DNA of 64,000 nt from an uncultured Planctomycetota bacterium (lineage in GTDB: Bacteria > Planctomycetota > Planctomycetia > Isosphaerales > Isosphaeraceae): positions 640,001 to 704,000 of the forward strand of contig CAWGMQ010000006.1 of NCBI GenBank assembly GCA_963823665.1, given 5' to 3'. Each line of letters begins with the position of its first letter. The first letter of the stretch is position 1. This document shows, in pieces, positions 1-8,708 of the stretch. The position numbers and the translations under genes are program-made. Below the pieces are notes generated by a model. That model was not told where the DNA came from. It saw only the letters and a list, made by a program, of their open reading frames with translations, and did not search any database.

Positions 1-1139
1 TCTTGGCAGAGTCGCTCGGGCCGAATCGGCACGGCGCTCGAATCTGCCTGCGGTGCGACTTCGGTGCGCCAATCACGCGCGAGTGCCTGAACCTGCTCGA
101 CCCACTCGCGGCGACTGGCAGCCGTGCTTGCGTCGCTCGCTTCGATCAAGCCGCGGAGCCCGAGCCGGGCATCGCCCCAGAGTGAGACGCGATTGGGATA
201 ATGCCGCCCGAGCTCGGCCGGATTGATATCCAGTTGGATGACGGTCGTGCCCGGCCGCGGCACCTGCCACCTGGCGGTAACCTGGCTGCCGGTATGGCTG
301 CCGACATAGAACACGAGGTCCGCGGCCAGCACGCTACGATTGGCGCTTTGTCGCGCGTAAGTGCCCACGACTCCGACGTTGAGTGGATGGTCGCCCGGGA
401 GCAGCTCCTTGGCGTTCAGCGAGGTGGCGACGGGGATCGCCAGCCGTTCGGCCAGCTCGCGCAGCTCGGCGCCGGCGTTTGAAGTGCGCGCGCCACCGCC
501 GGCCACGATGATCGGACGGTGCGCCGCGCCGAGCCGTTGTGCCGCTTCCGCGAGCGCCTGCGGGTCGGGCGCGATTCGCAGGGGCGGCACGCTGCCGAAC
601 TGCGGCTCGGCGATCACCTCGAGGTCGGCCGATTCTTGCTCGAGCTCGCCCTGATGGCCCGCGAGCTCCAGATGGGCAGGCCCCGGCGAGCCCGTCGTTG
701 CCGCGCGGAACGCTTGGCGCAGCGTGTCGGGCAGCCGCGTCACCGTTTCGACGCGCGCGCTGTACTTGGTCACCGGTTTGAAGAGCGGGAAATCTTCGAT
801 CTCTTGATAGACGTGGCGACTTCTCGATTGCGCATATGGACCGCCGGTCAATACCACCAGCGGGGAACAGGCGAGATAGGGGTCGCGCAGGCCGGCCGCC
901 AGGTTTGCGGCGCCGATGCACTGGGCGAAGCTCACGCCCACGCGTCCAGACGCGCGGGCATAGCCATCCGCCATGTAGACGGCTGCTTTCTCCCCATGCG
1001 TCAGGATTCGCTTGATGGGGGTGCGCCGGTCAAGCTCAGCCAGCGTGTGGCTGAGGATCGCCGGCACGAAAAAGACGTGAGTGACGCCGTAGGCGTGCAG
1101 GCTGTCCGCGAGAAACTGAGCACCTGTCTGTCGCGACAT
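1..1139 (-). CDS. Thiamine pyrophosphate-binding enzyme, acetolactate synthase large-subunit-like (3' end outside window)
   Basis: Manual translation from ATG 1139: MSRQTGAQFLADSLHAYGVTHVFFVP...THGEKAAVYMADGYARASG...QEIEDFPLFKPVTK...RPIIVAGGGA...ADLVFYVGS. Open to the window edge, so it is missing from the ORF track. Confidence 0.9.
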   Translation of the reverse strand, partial: MSRQTGAQFLADSLHAYGVTHVFFVPAILSHTLAELDRRTPIKRILTHGEKAAVYMADGYARASGRVGVSFAQCIGAANLAAGLRDPYLACSPLVVLTGGPYAQSRSRHVYQEIEDFPLFKPVTKYSARVETVTRLPDTLRQAFRAATTGSPGPAHLELAGHQGELEQESADLEVIAEPQFGSVPPLRIAPDPQALAEAAQRLGAAHRPIIVAGGGARTSNAGAELRELAERLAIPVATSLNAKELLPGDHPLNVGVVGTYARQSANRSVLAADLVFYVGSHTGSQVTARWQVPRPGTTVIQLDINPAELGRHYPNRVSLWGDARLGLRGLIEASDASTAASRREWVEQVQALARDWRTEVAPQADSSAVPIRPERLCQ

Positions 1140-1188
1140 GGACGGCCCCGAATGAGTCAATGCCTGGAAATGGATGGAACGGATCGCA

Positions 1189-1962
1189 TTATCGCAGGAC
1201 TTCGACATTGCCGCACACAGAGAGCGATTGTCCGCTGATATTGCGAGCGGTGGGAGAGCAGAGGAACAGGGCCATTGCCGCCACGTCCGCGTGCGTGACC
1301 ATCCGGCGCAGGGAGACCTGTTCGAGATACCGGCTTTCCATTTCGTCGCAGGAAAGGCCCAGTGCTTCGGCCCGCGCGGCGATCACGCGGCGAATTCGCT
1401 CGCCCTCAACGAATCCAGGCAAGAGGGCATTCACTCGAATGTCGTGCGGCCCAAGCTCGATGGCCAGGCTCTCGGTGAAGCCAATGACTGCCCATTTTGA
1501 GGCCGCGTAGGGCGCTCGCAGCGGATAACCCAGTCGGCCGGCGACGGACGACATATTGATGATCGAGCCGCCGCCGGCCGCCTTGAGGAGCGGGACCGCG
1601 CGGCGAGCGCACAGGAACTGGCCCGTGATGTTCACTGCCAGCGTGCGCGACCAGTCGTCGGGATTGATATCCTCGACGGGTGCCGTGGGACCGGCGATAC
1701 CGGCATTGTTCACGAGCACATCCATCCCGCCGAGACGTTGCCCAAGATCAGCAAAGACCAGATCGATTTGCGGCGCGCTGGCAACGTCGGCGACAGTCCC
1801 GGTCATTTCGGGTTTTCGAGAGAGGGCCTCGGCCAGAAGCTCGGGCGAGGCGTCGCAGAGATGGACTCGGGCACCTTGTTCTTGCAGGCAAACGGCGATC
1901 GCCCAGCCGATGCCCGAAGCGCCGCCCGTCACGAGAACTCTCAGTCCGGGTTGAATCATCAT
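1189..1962 (-). CDS. SDR family oxidoreductase
   Basis: TGGASGIG Rossmann motif, NNAG, YAASK catalytic motif. ATG 1962 overlaps the MFS stop codon (ATGA). Confidence 0.93.
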   Translation of the reverse strand: MMIQPGLRVLVTGGASGIGWAIAVCLQEQGARVHLCDASPELLAEALSRKPEMTGTVADVASAPQIDLVFADLGQRLGGMDVLVNNAGIAGPTAPVEDINPDDWSRTLAVNITGQFLCARRAVPLLKAAGGGSIINMSSVAGRLGYPLRAPYAASKWAVIGFTESLAIELGPHDIRVNALLPGFVEGERIRRVIAARAEALGLSCDEMESRYLEQVSLRRMVTHADVAAMALFLCSPTARNISGQSLSVCGNVEVLR

Positions 1963-3290
1963 TGCGCCTTCGCGACAAGTTTCGGGGAAGGGCTCCGCGA
2001 GCCTGGCCAGAAACGCCACAAGACGACGCACGAAACGAGCGGCACCCAACCGATCAGCGCGAGCCCAAGATCGAAGGATCCTGTGGCGTCAATATAACGG
2101 CCGAACACCGGATGAAGTACCGACAGGGCCAGCCAGGCCGATGTTCCCAAGACACCGATAACCTTGCCCTGATGTCTGGAACTCAGCTCCTGGCTCAGAG
2201 CGTAGAAGAACGGAAACAGCCCCAGACTGCCGCATCCCACCACGAGCAGCACGGCCAGAAGCGCGAGACCCTTGGGCAAGAAGGCCGCGAGCGTAGCACA
2301 CGCGGTGAGCATGCAGCAGGCGACGTAGACGAGCAGGCGGGCTCGCGCGGGCGAGACGCCCCGACGCTGCAAAGCGAGTGCGATTGCACCCGTTGCGAGG
2401 CAACCGATGTCCGCGGCAACGTAAAACGCCGCATTGAAGCGCAGCATCGCTCGTTCGCTGTAGCCGCGCCCGTTCTGCAAGAATAGCGGCTGCCAGACAC
2501 GCAACATGTGCCAGCATAGATTGACGCATATAGCGACACACAAGACGACGGCGAAACGCGCTGAAAAGAGAATCTGCCAGAACGAGGGCTCGTGTTCGAG
2601 GCTTCCCCGCGCGGCATCGCTCGCTCGAGCCACGCCATCGCGCGGCAGCTCGAGGTCGGCGCTTTTGACCGACGCAAGCCACAAGACAACCCACAACAGC
2701 CCGACGGCGCCGATCACCAGAAATGCCAATCGCCAGCTCCCTGTGAGGTCGGTCAGGAGGAGACCCACGACCAAGGGGGTCAGCATCGCACCGATTGCGC
2801 CGCCGCTTTGCAGGATGCCACTTCCCAGCGACCGCTCTGCCGGCGGCAGCAAGCGCTGAACGGTCTTGATTCCGCACGGCCAGTTTCCCCCTTCAAACAA
2901 GCCGAGAAGGATGCGGCAGACCAGCAAGCCTGCAAATGTATCCATCAACCCCGTGGCGAACCCCATCAAGGACCAACAGGCCAGCAAGAGAGGGTAGAAC
3001 CAGCGGACATTGACCCGGTCGGCAAGAATTCCCATCAGCGTTTGCCCGGCGGCGAACGCGAACCCGAAACCGGTTTCGAGCCAGGCGTAATCTTCATTCT
3101 TGAGCTGCAACTCAGACATGATGCGCTTGGCGGTGACGCTCAGTGCCTGGCGATCCATGTAGTTCACGACGGTCGCCAGCATGAGCAGCCCGCAGATCCA
3201 CCACGCCCAGGCGCGCGAACGCGCGGACGATGCACCCGAGGCGAGGTGTCCCAGGAGATCAGCAGGGGCATCAGGCGGGTGCGGGGTCAT
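1959..3290 (-). CDS. MFS transporter, ExuT/ACS (hexuronate-like) family
   Basis: NYMDRQALS motif, G-x-LADR motif A, about 12 hydrophobic segments. Confidence 0.88.
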   Translation of the reverse strand: MTPHPPDAPADLLGHLASGASSARSRAWAWWICGLLMLATVVNYMDRQALSVTAKRIMSELQLKNEDYAWLETGFGFAFAAGQTLMGILADRVNVRWFYPLLLACWSLMGFATGLMDTFAGLLVCRILLGLFEGGNWPCGIKTVQRLLPPAERSLGSGILQSGGAIGAMLTPLVVGLLLTDLTGSWRLAFLVIGAVGLLWVVLWLASVKSADLELPRDGVARASDAARGSLEHEPSFWQILFSARFAVVLCVAICVNLCWHMLRVWQPLFLQNGRGYSERAMLRFNAAFYVAADIGCLATGAIALALQRRGVSPARARLLVYVACCMLTACATLAAFLPKGLALLAVLLVVGCGSLGLFPFFYALSQELSSRHQGKVIGVLGTSAWLALSVLHPVFGRYIDATGSFDLGLALIGWVPLVSCVVLWRFWPGSRSPSPKLVAKAQ

Positions 3291-3313
3291 GAGACGACGA
3301 CGCTCGCGACGCG

Positions 3314-3376
3314 TTCAAAGGCGTTACGTGCAAAGAACGTAGGCTATCGGTGTGGTGTGCTCATTGCAAGCAGACG
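3314..3376. repeat. 63-bp dispersed repeat, copy A (copy B at 5233-5295)
   Basis: Ungapped hand alignment gives about 54/63 identity. Confidence 0.85.
3353..3368 (+). promoter_or_regulatory. Sigma54-like -24/-12 element
   Basis: TGGTGT-GCTCA-TTGCA, with GG and GC correctly spaced versus consensus TGGCAC-N5-TTGCW; conserved in the duplicate at 5272. Confidence 0.45.
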
Positions 3377-3579
3377 AAAGGGGTGAGCGCTCGGCATTGG
3401 TGCAAAGGCTGTTAGGAACAGGCCGGGAATAACATTGCCGAATTGTCGGCCTGCGCTCCACGAGGGCCGACATTCTCGCATCCGAAGCGACCAGGTCTGA
3501 CGTTTTGGATATAATGCCATGATGGTCGTTGGCTTCGCCGGTCGCGATTCCTTAAGTACAGCATAATCCGGAGTGTGAG

Positions 3580-3672
3580 ATGCCTCCCGAAAAGCAAACC
3601 CAAAATCCAAATTCGAGCAATAGCCAAGGAACTTCGACCGGCAACCTTCTTAGCCTCGCGGCCTGTCGCTAA
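3580..3672 (+). pseudogene. Truncated copy of small Ser/Thr/Gly-rich ORF (30 aa)
   Basis: MPPEKQTQNPNSSNSQGTSTGN matches the first 22 aa of ORF 5573-5767, then diverges and stops. Confidence 0.5.
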
Positions 3673-4015
3673 GCTCAATTCGGAATTATGAGGGCGACCT
3701 TTGCGCCGATCTTGAAGGAGAGCCGGTTCCAACGAGAGTGGTGTTCGATCGACTCCAATTGGTCAGCGCGTTAACCGAGTGTCCACCGCGGCCACGCTCT
3801 TGGGATCGAAGGTCAGGAGATTGCTGCCGGTTGGTCCGGCCAGCAGAGCCAACCAATACCGGATTGCGCACCATCGTATTCTATCGAGTCAACGCGGGCC
3901 GGGTAATTCGTTTAGTTCGTTTCGCGATAATAGTGGACTGACCGAGATTTCCCGCCCACCAACCGGTGCCGTCAAACGCGATTTCACCACCATCGCTTGA
4001 TCAATTACGTAGGCG

Positions 4016-4399
4016 TCAGGTCGCATTGGGAAGTGGCCTCTGCCACGTCTGGTACAAGGCCTGGCGCTCCTGCAACAAGAATTCCTCCTCATCGGCCTTT
4101 GTCCCGGTTAGGCGGCCGAGTTTCCTTGTCAGGTAGAAGTGTCCGCTGCCGGGCCGCCCGCTAGCGCTAACCACCAAAGCGCTGAGCATCGGCCGTCCCC
4201 GATTCACCTCGTCTTCTGAGATCTCTCCGAGCAGGTGTCCGATTTCCTTCACCAGATGCTCTCCGCGAATCGGTAATCCCAGAACGACCGCGAGATGTTG
4301 GTAAGTCGAGAGTCCCCGGAACTCGGCGGCACGCACGAGCTCGGCCAAAACGCGCGTGTATTCCGTAGTTCCCCGGTAGCGATCCTCAACAATCGGCAT
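4016..4399 (-). CDS. Conserved hypothetical protein, 127 aa (TY..LA...LG.IS...PMLSALVV...G.PG.G motif; possible winged-helix-like DNA-binding domain)
   Basis: GGAGGG RBS, protein-like composition, and a motif pattern recalled from small proteins near restriction/HNH genes. Confidence 0.65.
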   Translation of the reverse strand: MPIVEDRYRGTTEYTRVLAELVRAAEFRGLSTYQHLAVVLGLPIRGEHLVKEIGHLLGEISEDEVNRGRPMLSALVVSASGRPGSGHFYLTRKLGRLTGTKADEEEFLLQERQALYQTWQRPLPNAT

Positions 4400-4814
4400 G
4401 GCTTAATGCCCTCCGCCTCGGATCCAGTTTTGTTCAAACGATCCGGTATCGCGACGGAATCAGTTGAATCTCGAGGTCCCGGGAAAACTCCTATTCGCAC
4501 CGCCGAACCGAGCGTTCCCGTCGACCTCGCATCCGCGTGATAATCCATTTCGGCGTGACCGACATCTACGCCGGCTTCGCCTGGACCTCGCGTGGCAGAC
4601 GCGGCCGACCACCTCGCCCGCTTTGGGCGGCGCAGGCTAAACTGCCGAGCGACACCCGGTTCCGCCGACCAAACTCCGCCTACGAAGGATCAACCTTGAG
4701 TGTAACACTCGCAGCTCGCGCGATCCAGATATTGCTCGCCTGGGAGGGAAACGGCTGCGTTTTGAATATCCGCTTTTGCCGGCGGACTGCGGTTTCTGAT
4801 CCTTCATTCACCGT

Positions 4815-5219
4815 ATTGGCTCCGCCTACCCCTTGGTCTCATACATGGCGGCATCCCAACTGTCGGTCCCCTGCACGGCCGTGCCTCGTCGCATGCGTTT
4901 GGGCGGTGCCAGGCGTCCGCCTCCGGTTCGAGAACGTTGTCGCTCCCTTGCTTGGCCTCGACTACGAATCAGGCGCGCTTGTAAAGATCGATCCGCTTGA
5001 CTGTGGTGGACCCATCGGGATTGGGGAACGGCACTGCGCGCCGAACACGTAAGCGTTGTTCTCGTCGTCTGGCCTCGATAGGTCGGGTCGGGCGACTGCG
5101 AGCAGGTCGCATAGCTCGTTCAAAAACATCGAATAGTTTGCTCGCTCCGCCGCGCCCGAGGCCTCCCATCGCCGGAAGCACTCGTCCATCGCGGGCGGAA
5201 CAGCGGTCGGATCAGCCAC
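4815..5219 (-). pseudogene. 5' remnant of an MmeI-like (type IIL/IIG) restriction-modification enzyme
   Basis: RWEASGAAERANYSMFLNELCDLL...NAYVF / RAVPFPNPDGSTTVKRIDLYKRA*FVVEAKQGS / RRGTAVQGTDSWDAAM, read across frameshifts and stops. Confidence 0.8.
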
Positions 5220-5232
5220 GGCACCTCGTAAC

Positions 5233-5295
5233 TTCGAAGAGGTTACGTGTACAGAACGTAGCCTATCGGCGTGGTGTGCTCAATGCAAGCAGATG
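5233..5295. repeat. 63-bp dispersed repeat, copy B, containing sigma54-like TGGTGT-N5-ATGCA at 5272-5287
   Basis: Hand alignment to 3314-3376. Confidence 0.85.
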
Positions 5296-5572
5296 GCGTG
5301 AGGCCGCGGCGCCTGCGCGATTATCGGACCTCCGGTAGGAGAGATCAGTCCGACGGACAATTGGCGCCGGAGGTGGTGCCCGCGTCGATCTGAGTCGCCG
5401 CTTATCCAATTTCGACTCCGGCCATACAACATAACAGCTCCTTTGGAAACGGATTACTCTGATTGCGTCACATGGAATCCTCACATCCGCGGCGACGCGG
5501 TTTTGCGTTTCGGATATAATATCAGCACAGTCCTCGGCGATTCCTTACGTGCTGCATTATCAGAGGTGCGAG

Positions 5573-5767
5573 ATGCCTTCCGAAAACCAAACCCAGAATC
5601 CAAATTCGAGCACCAGCCAAGGAACTTCGACCGGAAACTCGGCTTCCACCACTACCACCTCGTCCCAGGGGCTGATCGGTCAGGCGGGTGTCGCCCCGAG
5701 TGGCACCGTGGAAAGAAGCGGGACGTATTCCGGGACCACCGGCCAGAGCGGTAGGACGAGCCGCTAA
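5573..5767 (+). CDS. Small Ser/Thr/Gly/Gln-rich hypothetical protein (64 aa)
   Basis: GAGGTG RBS before ATG; N-terminus conserved in paralogue at 3580. Confidence 0.5.
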   Translation: MPSENQTQNPNSSTSQGTSTGNSASTTTTSSQGLIGQAGVAPSGTVERSGTYSGTTGQSGRTSR

Positions 5768-6243
5768 CGGTGAAGGATTGAGCCAAGCAGCACGAGCAGG
5801 CCCATGATGAACGCCAGAGTCGATCGCGTGAGCAATCGGGCTTTCCAAGTCGTGAGGCTCCTCATCCCAAGAATAGCGACGTGATACGACGCCGCGGTCA
5901 CGCTTTCAACTTGGTGTTTGGCTGGCTTGGAGTTGAGCTCGGCAACGCTCAACAGCTCGCGCGGGCTCATAGGAATCGAACTTTTTTGCGGCGTCCGTAT
6001 CGTGATCGCGGTGAACAATGCCACGCAAAAGAGGGCAAGCCCAACCACTGCGAGCCAGGGGCGCTCGAAACTGATCAGTTTGGCTGCGACGGCTGCCAAA
6101 ATAGCCCCCCCGACAGTGGCCATGAATCGGAGGTGTTCGTCGGCTTTCTTGTCCAGGCCTTCTGAGATACTTATCATCAAGTAGTATTGTTTTTCAGCGA
6201 ATGCCGATACTATGCCGTAAACTTCTTCCTGGCCCGTGGGCAC
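5764..6243 (-). CDS. Three-TM membrane protein (Pycsar/SLATT effector-like layout); may extend to ATG 6360 through an in-frame TGA at 6259-6261
   Basis: LDKKAD followed by two TMs, a soluble loop and WKARLL + C-terminal TM. Upstream ORF 6259-6468 is in the same frame. Confidence 0.55.
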   Translation of the reverse strand: MPTGQEEVYGIVSAFAEKQYYLMISISEGLDKKADEHLRFMATVGGAILAAVAAKLISFERPWLAVVGLALFCVALFTAITIRTPQKSSIPMSPRELLSVAELNSKPAKHQVESVTAASYHVAILGMRSLTTWKARLLTRSTLAFIMGLLVLLGSILHR

Positions 6244-6549
6244 ATATTCTTCTGCCCATCAGGTTGCTTCGATGAATTCAGAATCAAAGAGCGGCGAAGG
6301 CGGATAAACCCACGAACGCACCCATACTCTGATACGCACAATCGCCATCGCTGTTTTCATGGGCTGTATCTTACCGACTGCGACTGCACCAAAGAAAGGT
6401 ACGCCCCGAGCGCCCGTGCTCGCACCCTGAAGCCCGGGCTGGTTGCGGCTCGAGGCCGCGTTCGGCAATAGGCAGTTGAACGAGTCGCGGACGTGTTGAA
6501 GACGCGAGAAGGATGGCCCGCGCGAGCAGCAAACAGGTGCGAACTTCGG

Positions 6550-6783
6550 TCACGTGGGGTCGGGACCCAGGAACTTCGGCCCGTTGAAATGGATCATGTG
6601 GTCCGGCGACTCAGCGATCCAGACTTCGGTTTCCCAAGCGATGTCGGCAGCGTATTTACGAAAATCGCTCATCGTGAGGAACGCCGTCACGTACACGCCC
6701 TGAGCCTGGCACTGGCCCAGGAATGACTCGATTTCCCGATGTCTTTTGGGTGAAACCGGCCCGTGCGATGTAACCGCCTCTAA
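6550..6783 (-). pseudogene. C-terminal remnant of a BsuBI/PstI-family restriction endonuclease
   Basis: [14 protein letters not shown]...YVTAF...[34 protein letters not shown] is the family C-terminal signature; the N-terminal part is absent. Confidence 0.88.
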
Positions 6784-8323
6784 TCCCCAATACTTCCAGC
6801 ACGATCCGTTCAATCGCTGCCGGTTGATGGCCACCCAGCTTCTTCATCCGGCCGCCGATACCCGCAACTCGTTCGAGGGCGGGGAATCTGATCGACCTGA
6901 CGTCGGTCGCATTGACCTGAGTATTGCCGCTGATGACACGGAAATATCTGTCGAGCAGAGCCGAATTGAACAACGCCGTCAGGCCGTAGGTCTCTTCGGC
7001 CGTCAACTCGCGATCCGCGTGATAGACGTAGTTCAGATGATTCTCAAGCGCAAGATACGGCCGCGATTCCTCGGCGCGGAGCAACCAGCTTGCGGTCAGT
7101 CGTCGCCGTTCCTCCTTCGCGCTGAAGCGGCGCAGCAACACGTAGTTCCGCGTCGGCACCAGATGCTTTCGCGACGCTTCGCACACGCGAAATGCCGTCG
7201 GCTTACCGCGCCGCTCGAGCGGCCACACAGTTTCAAATGGCCGCACGTTGTGAGGCTCAAGCAGAGGCGCGGATCCTTCGTCGTCCGGCTTCACTAACAG
7301 AAACTCCTCAGCTCGAAATAGTACCACCGGTCCGGTCGACACCTGCAATCCTAGATCGGCAAACCGATCCGGCCATGATTCGACCGCGTCGACGACAGCG
7401 GCATCTTGAACTGTCGCCGGGATGCGTAGAATCATGTCGCCGGAGCTATCGTCCAGAACCTTGGCAGACGGCAGAGTCAGCTCCTCCAGCTTGGCCGGTA
7501 TATCGCGGCCCAAGCACGTCGTGATCGTCGTTGATGGAGCCGCCACCCCTGACCGCTGCGTGTGGGTAATCACGCTCTCCTGAAGGACGTTGTCAAAAGT
7601 GCTGCGCCGGCATTCAAAGAGGTGAACATGACGCAACGACACGCGCGAGAAGAACCACCGCCTGAAGTTCTTGAAATAAAGCCCGCTGCAGAAGCTTCGC
7701 GGCGTGATGGCCACCATCTCGCCGTTCACTCGCAGCAGTTCAGCCGCCCGAGCCATGAACAGCATGTAGATGTTGCTCTGACCTTGAAAAACGTCCTCCA
7801 TCGCGAGGGCATGAGCCGAACCAACGCCGACCTTGAAGTAAGGTGGATTCAGAATTGCAGCGTCAAATGGTTCCAGAGCTTCGTCGTCATCGAAAAGCTT
7901 ACGCTGCGCTCGCCGTACGCGCGTGCTCAAGATGAAATCTTGCCCATGTATCGTGTAACGCAGCTCGTGCCCGGCGCCCTCAAGAACTTCGCGGCAGTGC
8001 CGCATGTTTTCTTCGAGCAGCGGTAGCAGCGCTGCATCATCTTCGTACAGAACGATCTCGATAAGGCGAGGCGAGCGGAGTGTGAGCACCCGGTCGCAGA
8101 CCGCTGTCGCCAGTGAGCCAACTCCGGCTCCTGCATCCAGCAGTCTGAGGCGGTCGGGAATTCGCGTAAAGAGACCTGCCATGAAGGCGCAGATGCTCGG
8201 CGGTGTAAAGACCTGCCCCTTCTCCTTACGTGCATCTGCCGGCGTCGCGGCTTCGTGGCGCTGTTGAAGCTTCGCCGAATAGCTCAACAGGCTGTGCTGT
8301 GATGTTTGTTTTGCTAACTTCAT
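6656..8323 (-). CDS. N6-adenine DNA methyltransferase, BsuBI/PstI (Eco57I-domain) type; last ~43 codons run out of frame over the REase remnant
   Basis: [15 protein letters not shown] (motif I), ILNPPY (motif IV), [43 protein letters not shown]. Confidence 0.92.
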   Translation of the reverse strand: MKLAKQTSQHSLLSYSAKLQQRHEAATPADARKEKGQVFTPPSICAFMAGLFTRIPDRLRLLDAGAGVGSLATAVCDRVLTLRSPRLIEIVLYEDDAALLPLLEENMRHCREVLEGAGHELRYTIHGQDFILSTRVRRAQRKLFDDDEALEPFDAAILNPPYFKVGVGSAHALAMEDVFQGQSNIYMLFMARAAELLRVNGEMVAITPRSFCSGLYFKNFRRWFFSRVSLRHVHLFECRRSTFDNVLQESVITHTQRSGVAAPSTTITTCLGRDIPAKLEELTLPSAKVLDDSSGDMILRIPATVQDAAVVDAVESWPDRFADLGLQVSTGPVVLFRAEEFLLVKPDDEGSAPLLEPHNVRPFETVWPLERRGKPTAFRVCEASRKHLVPTRNYVLLRRFSAKEERRRLTASWLLRAEESRPYLALENHLNYVYHADRELTAEETYGLTALFNSALLDRYFRVISGNTQVNATDVRSIRFPALERVAGIGGRMKKLGGHQPAAIERIVLEVLGIRGGYIARAGFTQKTSGNRVIPGPVPGSGRVRDGVPHDERFS

Positions 8324-8459
8324 CGGAGTGCATCATCCCAGTCGCTGTCCGACAATGATCGAACCGAATTGACCACACGTCGGTCGGCACCATCGATCCT
8401 CAATGGTGGATCGCAGGGCACAAGTATACTAATAGCCACTTCATTTTCGCCAGCCCCTA

Positions 8460-8522
8460 TCACTGTGCGTTCAAAGACACACGCGTTCTTCTCGTCACCC
8501 GGCCCCGGCAGGCCGACGCCGG
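8460..8522 (-). pseudogene. Possible second tiny remnant of an MmeI-like N-terminus
   Basis: GPGDEKNACVFERTV resembles RPDDENNAYVF-RAV at ~5040-5075. Confidence 0.4.
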
Positions 8523-8708
8523 TGATTCGCGCCCGGCCAATCGCTGAGATTGACTCCGGCCGCTTGCGATCCGATGATTGAATCGACAATGATGTCCAAG
8601 CCGAGTCGGTTCTATGACGCTGAATACCGGCGTTGACCTGAAAACTCCCCACGCCCAGAACGATCAAGCCAAGGTCCGCGGGGCGCAGTCGGACACTGAA
8701 AAGCGGAC

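Noticed and set aside
519..1238. 239-aa plus-strand ORF (also 201-482 and 334-921)
   Set aside because: Shadows of the minus-strand TPP enzyme gene; no motifs of their own.
6259..6261. Selenocysteine or programmed readthrough at the in-frame TGA
   Set aside because: No redox-motif context or recognisable SECIS; a nonsense mutation, error or downstream start is simpler.
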